A stretch of 61,944 bases of DNA from a virus (IMGVR_UViG_3300036768_001294:1-61944); one strand, 5' to 3'; positions 46,962-56,151 are shown, counted from the first letter of the stretch. Translations and numbers: made by a program. Notes: generated by a model from the letters alone, not told the origin.

Positions 46962-47022
46962 ACAAATTGAGAGAAGGAATTATACAGTTACGAACTCTAG
47001 CTGAACTTTTGAGGAAATTTGG

Positions 47023-47331
47023 ATGGAACATGTAGAGTTTGATGAAGATGATTTGAAAGCCTTATATAAGGCAGAAAATGCACTACCGTGCTGCGGCGTC
47101 TGGCATATGAGTGAGGGTGGATTGCAATATCACTGTCCGCTGTCACTGAAGTATCGTGACGCCTCAGCCATTCGAGTGGCACAGAAGTCGCACATTCCGC
47201 TGGAATGTGTGTACTCTTTCATAGGAGGGTGGGATGGTATAACTTCACAAGAGGAGCATGAATGCTCGCGGTGTTTCAATCTCGGTGATCAACTACACAG
47301 GAAACTTAAACCAAAGTATTTTGAGGAGTGA
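47023..47331 (+). CDS. Cys-rich small protein, paralog 3 of 3
   Basis: Same motif set (YHCPL, FIGGWD, CSRCFNLG..L.RKLKPK). Confidence 0.7.
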   Translation: MEHVEFDEDDLKALYKAENALPCCGVWHMSEGGLQYHCPLSLKYRDASAIRVAQKSHIPLECVYSFIGGWDGITSQEEHECSRCFNLGDQLHRKLKPKYFEE

Positions 47332-47334
47332 ATA

Positions 47335-47727
47335 ATGGCCTTTAACTTCAATCAAGTGACTTTTGGGGGTAACCTAACGCGAGATCCGGAGCTGAGGTAT
47401 TCACAATCGGGTAATCCGGTCTTGAAGCTCGGTCTGGCTGTCAACAACCGGATTAAGAAAGGTGATGCATGGGTCGATGACCCATGCTACATCGATATCG
47501 CGGTATTTGGCAAGACCGCTGAATACGTCGCCGAGCGTGTGTCAAAGGGGCAGCCAGTGCTTGTTTCTGGCCGTTTGCAGTATCGGACCTGGACGGCGGA
47601 TGATGGCTCGAAGCGTGCCAAACATGAGGTCTTGGCTGATCGAGTCATTCCCCTCACGTTCTCCAAGTCACGAGAACCCGGCTCTGACGATGAACCAGAA
47701 ACCGGCGATGATCCGCTTCCGTTCTAA
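47335..47727 (+). CDS. ssb: Single-stranded DNA-binding protein
   Basis: NQV...GNLTRDPELRY, LAVN, FGK.AE, KG..V.VSGRL..R.W, acidic tail DDPLPF. Confidence 0.95.
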   Translation: MAFNFNQVTFGGNLTRDPELRYSQSGNPVLKLGLAVNNRIKKGDAWVDDPCYIDIAVFGKTAEYVAERVSKGQPVLVSGRLQYRTWTADDGSKRAKHEVLADRVIPLTFSKSREPGSDDEPETGDDPLPF

Positions 47728-47732
47728 CCAGA

Positions 47733-47778
47733 GCCCGGAGCTGTCGTCCCATCACAACGAGAGCTCCGGGCATTTTTC
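47733..47778 (+). terminator. Probable terminator after ssb
   Basis: GCCCGGAGCT...AGCTCCGGGC stem then ATTTTT; loop is long. Confidence 0.55.
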
Positions 47779-47796
47779 TCTGGTGAAGGAGCTATC

Positions 47797-48159
47797 ATGA
47801 TCGCGAATGCACTATCAAAAGTTTGGAAGTTTCTGAAGAAATGTTCGTCGTTTCTACAGCCTCTGGTGAAAGTAACTGCTCACATCATTGAAGCTATCGT
47901 TATTTCATGGGCTGTTTCTTCATTAGGAGTTGTACCCACACTGATTATAGCCACAGCATTTTTGGTTGGGCAATCATATGTCATTGATAAAGCGTCCCTC
48001 ATGGTTTCAAGCTTGGCGCATCTCATGCATAAATTCTATGAGAAGGTGCAGCGCTGGATCAGGCGCCTTCAGTTTAAGATTGCTTTCTATCTGTTCTTTT
48101 TGATACTCGCCGCCCAGCTATGGCTGGGATCTGTGGAAGAAGAAGAGTGTCCTATCTGA
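47797..48159 (+). CDS. Membrane protein
   Basis: RBS AAGGAG; several hydrophobic segments. Confidence 0.6.
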   Translation: MIANALSKVWKFLKKCSSFLQPLVKVTAHIIEAIVISWAVSSLGVVPTLIIATAFLVGQSYVIDKASLMVSSLAHLMHKFYEKVQRWIRRLQFKIAFYLFFLILAAQLWLGSVEEEECPI

Positions 48160-48172
48160 ATAGGAGGTGATG

Positions 48173-48307
48173 ATGGCGAGTGTGTGCGAGCTTCTAGCAA
48201 GCATCTGCCAATGGTTAGCTTCTATAGGCTTTGCGCTGATGCATATCAGTGCCTTGCTCATGAAGCTGATCCAGGAGCTATCGAGTACATACCAGACGGC
48301 TCTCTAG
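48173..48307 (+). CDS. 44-aa hydrophobic peptide (not in ORF track)
   Basis: RBS AGGAGGT; MASVCELLASICQWLASIGFALMHISALLMKLIQ... Confidence 0.45.
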   Translation: MASVCELLASICQWLASIGFALMHISALLMKLIQELSSTYQTAL

Positions 48308-48418
48308 CAGATGGACCCGCCCGGTAGGCAACTACTGGGCGGGGGCTCGCACCAAAACAAGGAGATGCATCGACAATGGGTGGTAATTTGTGGTTTTGTG
48401 TGTGGTATGGGATGATTT

Positions 48419-48832
48419 ATGGTCTCATTCGTGGAGGGATCTATGCAGTATCGATGGTCAAGTCCCCAACAGTGGTTTCTAGAAAAAGCGGAATTCTATG
48501 CAGATATCGGAGACAGAAAAAGTCTGATGTCGATGCTAAGACGTTCTCTTTCAGCCATTGATGGAGATTTGCTTCTGAATATCTTTCAAGATGAAGCCGA
48601 GGCTGATGGATATTTTATTCGGCTTGATCTGAAGATTTGCGATGATTGTGGCGAGGAAAAGCCACCAGAGGAATTTGCAGATCCAGACAAGCATCGGGTG
48701 CTCTATCGGGAGCAAAACATTTGTTTGGTCTGCCATCATGATTGGCTCGTTTGGAGTGGCGAGAGGTGCAACACTTGCCATGGGGAAGGAGATGATAATG
48801 GACGAGATTCGTCCACGACCAACGATCTATGA
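48419..48832 (+). CDS. Hypothetical Zn-finger protein
   Basis: CDDC, CLVC, CNTC. Confidence 0.55.
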   Translation: MVSFVEGSMQYRWSSPQQWFLEKAEFYADIGDRKSLMSMLRRSLSAIDGDLLLNIFQDEAEADGYFIRLDLKICDDCGEEKPPEEFADPDKHRVLYREQNICLVCHHDWLVWSGERCNTCHGEGDDNGRDSSTTNDL

Positions 48833-49043
48833 AGTAGCTCGTCGCTATGCCGCTTGTCTGTATGCGTTGTCAGATGTTTTGGGAATTACACCTCTTGATA
48901 TGTTGACCAGGCATCGAGAGGTTGTCACAGCAACATTCATGCAGGCCTCACGGGAGGGTATCCGCATTTCCAGTAGCGTCAATTTGCCAAAACTCACTAA
49001 ACTTTATACGCCACCAGACTTTAGAAACAAAGAGGAGAACTAA
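48798..49043 (+). CDS. Hypothetical protein
   Basis: RBS AAGGAG; C-terminal part of track ORF 48642..49043. Confidence 0.5.
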   Translation: MDEIRPRPTIYEVARRYAACLYALSDVLGITPLDMLTRHREVVTATFMQASREGIRISSSVNLPKLTKLYTPPDFRNKEEN

Positions 49044-49044
49044 T

Positions 49045-49233
49045 ATGGTTGAAAGTATTATGTTGGGCCATGGTGATGTGAAAATCAAGATTCAACACTC
49101 TGAGCACCTTCAAGATTATGTTATAATCGAATTTCGACAGTCTCCATCCGTGAGACCGTTATGTCTATATCTGTATCTCACGCGCGACCAGCTTAAAGAA
49201 CTCGCAGAAGCTGCAAAGGAGGTGGTGGGATGA
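49045..49233 (+). CDS. Hypothetical protein
   Basis: RBS GAGGAG; ATGA overlap with next gene. Confidence 0.5.
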   Translation: MVESIMLGHGDVKIKIQHSEHLQDYVIIEFRQSPSVRPLCLYLYLTRDQLKELAEAAKEVVG

Positions 49234-49592
49234 GTGAATTACCCGTAGCTAGACTCTGGATGCCGCAGAAGGATCTGATGCTCGCTCAAAAAGAAGCGAG
49301 CGAAATGGAAGAGCAATATCGGCTTTTTCTCCAACTCTCTCAGGCAGCCACACCGAATTATGCCAAGCACTTTGAACGAGAATTAGCGATAGCTCGGCGT
49401 CAGCAAATGGATAGCAATTCTTTCGTTGTTTCCTTGCGTCGCCGAGGCTATGAGTGGGCAATACGTGAATCGAAGGTCAAACGAGAAATCATCGATGAAG
49501 AAAAAGCCGCTGAGCAAGAAGCGGAACTGTGTGAACCAATAGAATCTTTTGGAAGGAACCACAAGACATGGTCGAGCCGTTGGATCAGGTAG
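49230..49592 (+). CDS. Hypothetical protein
   Basis: RBS GGAGGT; 120 aa. Confidence 0.5.
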   Translation: MSELPVARLWMPQKDLMLAQKEASEMEEQYRLFLQLSQAATPNYAKHFERELAIARRQQMDSNSFVVSLRRRGYEWAIRESKVKREIIDEEKAAEQEAELCEPIESFGRNHKTWSSRWIR

Positions 49593-49768
49593 ATATTTTC
49601 GATGAAGGCGAAATCGAATCTCGTCGCTGCCCATTTGCGAATCAAATCGCCTGCTCATGGCGGGGCGATTCATTTAAGGCAGTGCTTCAGCACTGCCGAG
49701 AACGCCATCCAGACGGTACGCCTTCATTTCGTTATCAACCACCAAGATCCGATCCTGCATTAGACTAA
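49568..49768 (+). CDS. Small C2H2-like Zn-finger protein
   Basis: CPF...CSW.G......HC...H. Confidence 0.45.
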   Translation: MVEPLDQVDIFDEGEIESRRCPFANQIACSWRGDSFKAVLQHCRERHPDGTPSFRYQPPRSDPALD

Positions 49769-49945
49769 TCGAGGTCTCGTCACAATGCTATGGTTTGGTC
49801 CATTCGATTTCCATGTGCCGCATCGTCATTACTGCGTTGAACATGAGCATATTTGGTGGTGCACTCGGAGTAACTGCAAGGAGTGGATCTTAATCTGTTC
49901 CTTACACAATGCATAGTCTTGATAATCTAGTTGGAGGTGGGTTAG

Positions 49946-51451
49946 ATGGACATCAGACAGCAATTCAAGGCTGCCAGAAATCGAAGTGTGCCACTTGTCG
50001 GGATTGTCAGTCCCGATGCTGCAGCAACAATTTCCTGGATTCAAAAATCCTTGCCAAATGAGACGCCCATCACATTATGGGATTCAGCTAGAGGTCTTCT
50101 CGGCGCTAATAATCAAGGCGCTGAGAAAATCCTTGCCATAACGGGCATTGACAATGCCCTTGAATTGCGAAATCTAACGAGCGATCCCGTCAATTCGATG
50201 GATATCGTCTCGAAACTCCCAGAGCAATCCATTAGCATCTTCTTAAATTTACAAGCCCATTGGCATGCTCCAGAAGTTGCGCAGGCTGTGTGGAACCTGC
50301 GAGATCTCTTTAAGTCTGACTTTAGAACATGCGTGATAATTGGTCCCGAGCTGAAACCACCGCTTGTGCTCCATCACGATCTCGTTATTCTTGATGAACC
50401 ACTGCCCTCTGACGATGAGATTGCGCACATTGCACTCTCAATGTATGAGGCTGGTGGTCTTCCCACTCCAGATGAAACCGTCTTGCGGCGAATTTGCGAG
50501 ACTGTTCGTGGGCTCTCCGCGTTTGCCGCAGAGCAAGCCATTGCCCTGAGCATGAATGGCAAGGGCATGAATTTTCGTCTGCTTTGGCACCATAAGCGCA
50601 AGCAGATTGAAAATACGCCCGGATTGAAAGTGCATCTAGGTGGTGAGACCTTTCAGGATCTAGCCGGCCTAGACAGCGCCAAACACTTTATCAGCGGCCT
50701 CTTCCGCGGACCAAATCCTCCACGGGCTATTGTGTACGTCGAAGAAATTGAGAAAATGTTTGCAGGCTCCTCCAGCGATTTCGCTGGCGATGGTGGTGTG
50801 GCAAAGGATGCTCTTCAGACAATTCTCACCGAAATGGAGGAGAACGATTGGTCTGGCATGATTCTTGTAGGTCCACCAGGATCAGGAAAGAGCCTCATTT
50901 CGCGGGCGGTGGGTGCAACATTTGATGTGCCAACCATTGCCTTTGATTTGGGGGCGACTCGCCAATCATTGGTTGGTGCCTCGGAGCAAAATATTCGTGC
51001 GTGTTTCCGAGTGATTCAAGCGGTGGCGCAGAAAGGTGGAGCCTTTTGGATTGCCACTTGCAATAAACATGAAGTCCTACCGCCGGAGCTTCGGCGTCGG
51101 TTTCGTTACGGCATTTGGTACACGGGCATGCCGGATGAGCAGGAATTACAGGCTATCTGGAATTTGCAGCGTGCAAAATATCATATTCCAGAGAGTGATC
51201 CTATGCCAACAGGCATCCGTTACACCGGAGCCGATGTCCGCAACATTTGTGAGATTGCCTGGCGTTTGCAAATTCCGCTTAAGCAAGCTGCACAGTATAT
51301 TGTGCCAATTGCTATTTCCGATCCGCAGTCGATTTTGCGGCTTGAGGAAAGTGCCGATGGACGATTCCTCAATGCCAGTCATCCTGGTGTCTATCGGCGA
51401 TCAAAAGTTGAGAATGTGGAGCGACCGCGAAGATTAGCGATGGAGGGTTGA
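49946..51451 (+). CDS. Ycf46-like AAA+ ATPase
   Basis: Degenerate N-terminal AAA, F.DLAGL...K, GPPGSGKS (Walker A), SLVG.SE.N.R, ATCN, LPPEL.RRF, TGAD. Confidence 0.85.
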   Translation: MDIRQQFKAARNRSVPLVGIVSPDAAATISWIQKSLPNETPITLWDSARGLLGANNQGAEKILAITGIDNALELRNLTSDPVNSMDIVSKLPEQSISIFLNLQAHWHAPEVAQAVWNLRDLFKSDFRTCVIIGPELKPPLVLHHDLVILDEPLPSDDEIAHIALSMYEAGGLPTPDETVLRRICETVRGLSAFAAEQAIALSMNGKGMNFRLLWHHKRKQIENTPGLKVHLGGETFQDLAGLDSAKHFISGLFRGPNPPRAIVYVEEIEKMFAGSSSDFAGDGGVAKDALQTILTEMEENDWSGMILVGPPGSGKSLISRAVGATFDVPTIAFDLGATRQSLVGASEQNIRACFRVIQAVAQKGGAFWIATCNKHEVLPPELRRRFRYGIWYTGMPDEQELQAIWNLQRAKYHIPESDPMPTGIRYTGADVRNICEIAWRLQIPLKQAAQYIVPIAISDPQSILRLEESADGRFLNASHPGVYRRSKVENVERPRRLAMEG

Positions 51452-51452
51452 G

Positions 51453-51899
51453 ATGAGGAAACACTTGCCTACCAAGATGGAAATTCTTGCCGACCTCTGC
51501 CGAGTAATGGAGGCGACCAAGTCTCCTCAATGGCCAAATGGTGATACGAGGTCATCTGTGTATTTTGCGAAAGGCTCTTATAGCCGTTATGCCGTCTATC
51601 ATGTCTTCACAAAAGGTTGGGAGCAAGTGCTTAAATCTCTCAACAAAGAGTTGGAGACTGTAGGCAAGGCAACTTTAAGAAATTTACGGGAGCGTGAGGA
51701 GATTGGCTCAGTCCCAAAACGTGAGTATGTTTATAAACCTAGGACTTGCTTGGCATGTGGAAAAGTGTTTAAATCATTTGGCCCGGAAAACCGGAAATGT
51801 CAGCGCTGCAAGACTCTAAGGCCTCACTTAGAGGCGGCTGGTGAAGAAGAATATCATCTCTATATACCATTTATCAGCCACGATAGCATGGAGATTTGA
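51453..51899 (+). CDS. Hypothetical protein with Zn ribbon
   Basis: RTCLACGKVFKS.GP.NRKC.RC. Confidence 0.6.
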   Translation: MRKHLPTKMEILADLCRVMEATKSPQWPNGDTRSSVYFAKGSYSRYAVYHVFTKGWEQVLKSLNKELETVGKATLRNLREREEIGSVPKREYVYKPRTCLACGKVFKSFGPENRKCQRCKTLRPHLEAAGEEEYHLYIPFISHDSMEI

Positions 51900-51916
51900 A
51901 GTTTTGGGGGTTAGGT

Positions 51917-52303
51917 ATGGAAAGGACCGTGTATAAGCTTGTCTTTGTATCTGGTAGCCGTCTAGAGTCATACGCAGCGATTGCTGGAGCCAGAGTCCGT
52001 TATCGAGTTGGCCGTTGGGTCACAGCGCGGAAACATTTGGCTGAGCGCGGATATCATCTCTTGGTCTTTGATTCGGTTGAAAATTTACAAGATTTTATTA
52101 CGGCATATAATCTGGATGAAACGCTAGTCCATGGTTATCTGGCGCAGGCAGATGGAATTATCGACAATCTTCCACCGCCTGCCTTGTTTTACAAAGTCCG
52201 TAAGGACGAGTATGACATTTTGCCGACACCGGGAGCGAAGTGGCCGAAAGGGACGCTTATGGCCAAGCGAGTTAAATTAATCAAGCGCATTTTTGGGGGG
52301 TAA
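51917..52303 (+). CDS. Hypothetical protein
   Basis: ORF track; VYK...Y.VG.W...P.GT..A.RVKL pattern. Confidence 0.55.
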   Translation: MERTVYKLVFVSGSRLESYAAIAGARVRYRVGRWVTARKHLAERGYHLLVFDSVENLQDFITAYNLDETLVHGYLAQADGIIDNLPPPALFYKVRKDEYDILPTPGAKWPKGTLMAKRVKLIKRIFGG

Positions 52304-52313
52304 CTTGGCGTTG

Positions 52314-53060
52314 CTAGATGCCATCAAATCCATTGCCTTCGCTGTCCACGGTGCCATCCCTCGTGCTAGCATAACGTATTTGATAAGGCTCCCAAAATTC
52401 AGTAGGTAGCGCAGCATCACCGATATCCGCATGTCTCATACTCAACTCAAATTGGATCATACCATTATAAAACATTGATTTTGGTGGTGTCCCATCGCTT
52501 GCAATTTCATGCTGTAACGACCATTCATTCCACCCGGGACCGGGATGACCTAGCGACCACCGGCGTAAATTCTGTGCGGGTGCAACATGTGCCTTACTAC
52601 CAACCTCAACTGGCTTTCCATATGGTACATTTTTTGTATGAATGACATTTGTGAAATATATGTAATCATACATTTCGAAATAGAAAGTCCAATAAGTCCT
52701 GACTTCGCCATTATAACCATAAAAGGAATCATAAACTAGCCATGATCGTTCAGTCCATCCAGAGGACCTAAAAAGTGGATAATCAGCTAATCGCTTTATG
52801 CCAGCGCTAAGCCTACCAGTAAAGAAAGGTGTTTGTCCTTTAATTTTTTTAATAAGAAGCTCTGTCATCCACTCAAAGTGAGTTAAGGCTTTCTGATAGC
52901 TAACTTCGCGTGCCGCCGTGTCGTAGCCGGTTATAACTTTCCATCTAAAAAGATTATCTTGCATTGGTTCTTCAACATATGCCTTAGCAATGGCCCACAC
53001 ATCATAACGAAAGCAAATCATGACGGCTGGGGCAGTATAGTTAAGTAGTACCGTAGACAT
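52314..53060 (-). CDS. Hypothetical aromatic-rich protein, the only minus-strand gene in the early region
   Basis: Long ORF with no competing plus-strand gene; W/Y/F-rich; visibly more AT-rich; start uncertain (53060 or 53102). Confidence 0.6.
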   Translation of the reverse strand: MSTVLLNYTAPAVMICFRYDVWAIAKAYVEEPMQDNLFRWKVITGYDTAAREVSYQKALTHFEWMTELLIKKIKGQTPFFTGRLSAGIKRLADYPLFRSSGWTERSWLVYDSFYGYNGEVRTYWTFYFEMYDYIYFTNVIHTKNVPYGKPVEVGSKAHVAPAQNLRRWSLGHPGPGWNEWSLQHEIASDGTPPKSMFYNGMIQFELSMRHADIGDAALPTEFWEPYQIRYASTRDGTVDSEGNGFDGI

Positions 53061-53089
53061 AGCTTTTACAGTTCGCTCCTCATCTGAGT

Positions 53090-53145
53090 GTAGCTCGCGC
53101 AACGGCGCGAGAAGCTACGCGGCTTTAGCCGAAGTAGAGTATTAC
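53090..53145 (+). mobile_element. IS200/IS605-family right-end-like remnant
   Basis: GAAGCTACGCGGCTTTAGCCGAAGTAGAGTATTAC resembles the GAAGC-[hairpin with CTTTAG loop]-GAG..T(C/T)AC end pattern; preceded by hairpin CTCGCGC-AACG-GCGCGAG. Confidence 0.45.
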
Positions 53146-53225
53146 AAGTATGTTGTCAATTATACATCACGGTGCATTTCACACAAGCATCGTCTCCTAA
53201 AAGGATTAGTAAAGGAGGGATTTTT

Positions 53226-53636
53226 ATGAGCCACATGGCACAAGTGAAGACGAAGATTCGTGATGAGACAGCTATTCTTGCTGCGGCAAAAGCTTTGGGA
53301 ATTCCCGTTGAACGAAACAAGGGAGCCCGCTTTTTTATGGGGACTTCTGAGATTTGTGATTTTGTTCTGAATCTCAGAGGTCGGTATGACTTGGGATTAA
53401 AACGTCAGCCTGATGGGACATATAGCTTCATTGCTGATGAAGAGCTTATCAACCCCGAGCGTTATTGCAGTCGTAGTGTCGAGGGAACAAACATGATTGG
53501 CAAGGGAGCCGGGAGATTCAAGCAGGAATATGCCTACGCAGTCTTGCAAGCCCAGGCGCGTAGGAAAGGTCAACGCCTTATGCGACAGGATCTTCCCAAT
53601 GGACGGATTCGCGTTATGATCACAGGTGGTCGATGA
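53226..53636 (+). CDS. DUF1257 (Ycf35-like) protein
   Basis: MSH...VKT.I.D...L..A...LG, YD.G....DG.Y....D, QEYA, G.IR. Confidence 0.75.
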   Translation: MSHMAQVKTKIRDETAILAAAKALGIPVERNKGARFFMGTSEICDFVLNLRGRYDLGLKRQPDGTYSFIADEELINPERYCSRSVEGTNMIGKGAGRFKQEYAYAVLQAQARRKGQRLMRQDLPNGRIRVMITGGR

Positions 53637-53871
53637 AAATCTTTTGAAATTCTTACAGGAGATTGGCATGAAGCCAAGGCGAATTATTCAAAGCCGAAGC
53701 GGTGAGAGATTTATTGAATCAGATCTGGAGAATTGGGAAGAACAGTACGAGGCATGGCTTTCATCGAAAAAACCTTGCCCTCTACCCAGAAACCATCCAG
53801 CATTTCTAGCCCCAGAGAAATTTGGCTGTCATTACATTGAGGAGGAAACAATTGAAACGGATCGAGATTGA
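53626..53871 (+). CDS. Hypothetical protein
   Basis: Fills gap between DUF1257 and DUF2997 genes. Confidence 0.4.
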   Translation: MVDENLLKFLQEIGMKPRRIIQSRSGERFIESDLENWEEQYEAWLSSKKPCPLPRNHPAFLAPEKFGCHYIEEETIETDRD

Positions 53872-54037
53872 GATCGATGAGCAGGGCGAAGTTTCCGTTG
53901 AAGTGAGTGGTGCTTATGGCCAGGAGTGCGAGGCCATGACGGCGGATATTGAGAAAGCCTTGGGCACCGTTTCCAGCCGTAAGCGCAAGAGTGAATATTA
54001 TCGAGCGCAGCGCCAACAACAACATATTCAGCAGTGA
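53852..54037 (+). CDS. DUF2997 protein
   Basis: IEI.ID..GEV.VEV.G..G..C...T..IE.ALG......K.EYY; RBS GAGGAGG. Confidence 0.8.
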   Translation: MKRIEIEIDEQGEVSVEVSGAYGQECEAMTADIEKALGTVSSRKRKSEYYRAQRQQQHIQQ

Positions 54038-54044
54038 GGGAAAC

Positions 54045-54347
54045 ATGGAAAACATTCATATCGAGATTACTTCAGACGGTACGTGTATGGCTATTTGGAA
54101 AGATGAGCATAACCTAGATGAGTTAGGTGATCTTGAAGTCACTCGTCTATCTGATGTCGAATTTGATAACGAAGCTCAGGGATGGAGAGTGCACTTCAGG
54201 AATGGTGTAACCTTACCTGGTGTCTATAAAGAGCGTATTAGAGCTCTGGCTGCCGAGGTGAAATACGTTGAGGAACATCTTAGTGAATTTGCAGATTGGT
54301 TGCTGAATCGATCTACACCGATTATGTACGATCCAAGCATGTCCTAA
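54045..54347 (+). CDS. Conserved hypothetical protein of the AAA/DUF1257/DUF2997 cluster
   Basis: I..DGT...IW, LG.L.V.R.S.VE, W.V, R..ALAAEV. Confidence 0.6.
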   Translation: MENIHIEITSDGTCMAIWKDEHNLDELGDLEVTRLSDVEFDNEAQGWRVHFRNGVTLPGVYKERIRALAAEVKYVEEHLSEFADWLLNRSTPIMYDPSMS

Positions 54348-54375
54348 GATGTATAGAAGAGTGGAGGTACGGACG

Positions 54376-55290
54376 ATGGAAGAGCGCGTTAATCCGTTTG
54401 ATAATAGTCTGTGTCTTAGCATTAACATTCATAAGTTCGGTACGACTCGCAAGGTAAGACCGGATCTAGTGGAGACCGATGCAGATAAGAGACTTGTGAA
54501 AATTAGCAAGAAGATTTTTGACTCAAATGCGATGCAGCAGATCAATATGATCGATACGCAAATCCGGGATTACCTGAAGCGTTATACAATTGTTAATGCG
54601 CTTATGAAGCCGGGGATCTATTTGGTGCCACTTGATCATGTCACAGCTGTCGAGGAATTTATTCGGCAGAAGCTAGAAGATCGTGGCTATTGGATCTACC
54701 AGCTGGGTGAGGAATATGAGCTAGTCAAGGAGGAATTTCGTCAGAGGCTGGGTTCACTTTATAACGAATCCGACTATCCATCGGCTGAACGAGTCAAAGC
54801 TAAATTTAGTATTACTTATGAATGGTTAGCCATGGATGTTCCCCAGAAGCTGCAGTACATTAATCGTAACATTTGGCTGAGCGAGCAGGAGAAAGCGCAG
54901 CAGAAAATTCAAGTTGTTGCTGAGCGTATTGAGCAAATTCTGACGGCTTCGATGAGTGAGCTGATCAATCATCTCATTGATCGACTTACGGATCGAGAAG
55001 ATGGTAGGCGAAAGAAGTTTGCGAGCAACATGATCGAGCGCGCCCGAGAATTCTTTGAGACCTTCCAGGCGAAGAATATCATTGGCTCGGAAACGCTTAA
55101 TGAATTAGCTGCTCGTGGGAAACTTCTTCTGGATGGTATTGATGTAGAATCCCTTCGCGATCAAGCCCATCTACGAGAGAGCGTTCGTCAAGGATTTGAG
55201 AAAATTCGGGAGGCCATGAGCTCGATGGTCGTCGCGGCTCCAAGTCGTGCCTTGCAGTTAGAAGATGACGACTCCGACTCTCTCTTCTAG
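54376..55290 (+). CDS. DUF3150-like helical protein
   Basis: SKKIFD, PGIYLVP, LGSLYN..DYP, F...F...N, LRD....R..V. Confidence 0.6.
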   Translation: MEERVNPFDNSLCLSINIHKFGTTRKVRPDLVETDADKRLVKISKKIFDSNAMQQINMIDTQIRDYLKRYTIVNALMKPGIYLVPLDHVTAVEEFIRQKLEDRGYWIYQLGEEYELVKEEFRQRLGSLYNESDYPSAERVKAKFSITYEWLAMDVPQKLQYINRNIWLSEQEKAQQKIQVVAERIEQILTASMSELINHLIDRLTDREDGRRKKFASNMIERAREFFETFQAKNIIGSETLNELAARGKLLLDGIDVESLRDQAHLRESVRQGFEKIREAMSSMVVAAPSRALQLEDDDSDSLF

Positions 55291-55296
55291 ATAAAG

Positions 55297-55340
55297 AAAA
55301 GCAAGGCTGCAACTTTCGGTTGCGGCCTTGCTTTTTTTCT
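55297..55340 (+). terminator. Rho-independent terminator (possibly bidirectional)
   Basis: AAAA-GCAAGGCTGCAAC-TTTCG-GTTGCGGCCTTGC-T7. Confidence 0.85.
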
Positions 55341-55357
55341 TGACTATAGGAGGTGCC

Positions 55358-55723
55358 ATGCCCGGAGAAGATCATTGCGAGCTCGATGAAGATCTTGAAA
55401 CAATTCATTTAATGTGTCCTTACTGCCGAGATAGTATTTCTCCTTGGATATTTCCAACCCATCGTGAAATGTATGCGCACTGCCGCATACATCATCCCGA
55501 GAAAAAATCTCTCGTAGAAGGTTTGGAGCAACCGCCGGATGGTATTCAGATTTCCTATGAGCAGCGTGTAGAATCAGACTACGGTGGGTCTTATAATATC
55601 ATGCGATTTAAAGAGCTTGATGAAAGAGGTATTGATAATTGGATAGAGTGGGAGTCCATGGAGACCAAAGCTTTCGCAGATTTTCCCAATAGGAAGAGTA
55701 ATATGCTGAGGCCACTATCATGA
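55358..55723 (+). CDS. Hypothetical protein with C2H2-like finger
   Basis: RBS AGGAGGT; CPYC...HCRIHH. Confidence 0.55.
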   Translation: MPGEDHCELDEDLETIHLMCPYCRDSISPWIFPTHREMYAHCRIHHPEKKSLVEGLEQPPDGIQISYEQRVESDYGGSYNIMRFKELDERGIDNWIEWESMETKAFADFPNRKSNMLRPLS

Positions 55724-56151
55724 TCTGGTTAGGCATCGATCCCGGACTCAGTGGCGGTATTGCTATCATACATCAAAATCTAGAGGCAATAGCCTGGAAA
55801 ATGCCACCCACTGAACGAGATATTGCTGATCTCTTACTGTCAATTTCCAAAATGGATGTGCATCTGTGTTTCATTGAGAGCGTGCACAGTTTGCCACGCC
55901 AAGGAGTGGCATCGACATTCAAATTTGGCCGAAGTTATGGATTCCTGCGTGGCTTGCTCGTCGCTTTTAAGATACCTTTTGATGAGGTCTCACCCTTAAA
56001 GTGGCAGCGAGCTATGGGCTGTTTAAGTCATGGTAACAAAAATGTTACGAAGGCAAAAGCCCAACAACTCTTCCCTCAACTCACTGTCACCCATGCAACA
56101 GCCGATGCTTTGCTCATCGCCGAATACTGTCGGCGTTCTCATCGAGACTAA
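55720..56151 (+). CDS. ruvC: RuvC-like Holliday junction resolvase
   Basis: LGIDPGLSGGIA, FIE, QGVASTFKFG, V.P..W, ADALLIA. Confidence 0.88.
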   Translation: MIWLGIDPGLSGGIAIIHQNLEAIAWKMPPTERDIADLLLSISKMDVHLCFIESVHSLPRQGVASTFKFGRSYGFLRGLLVAFKIPFDEVSPLKWQRAMGCLSHGNKNVTKAKAQQLFPQLTVTHATADALLIAEYCRRSHRD

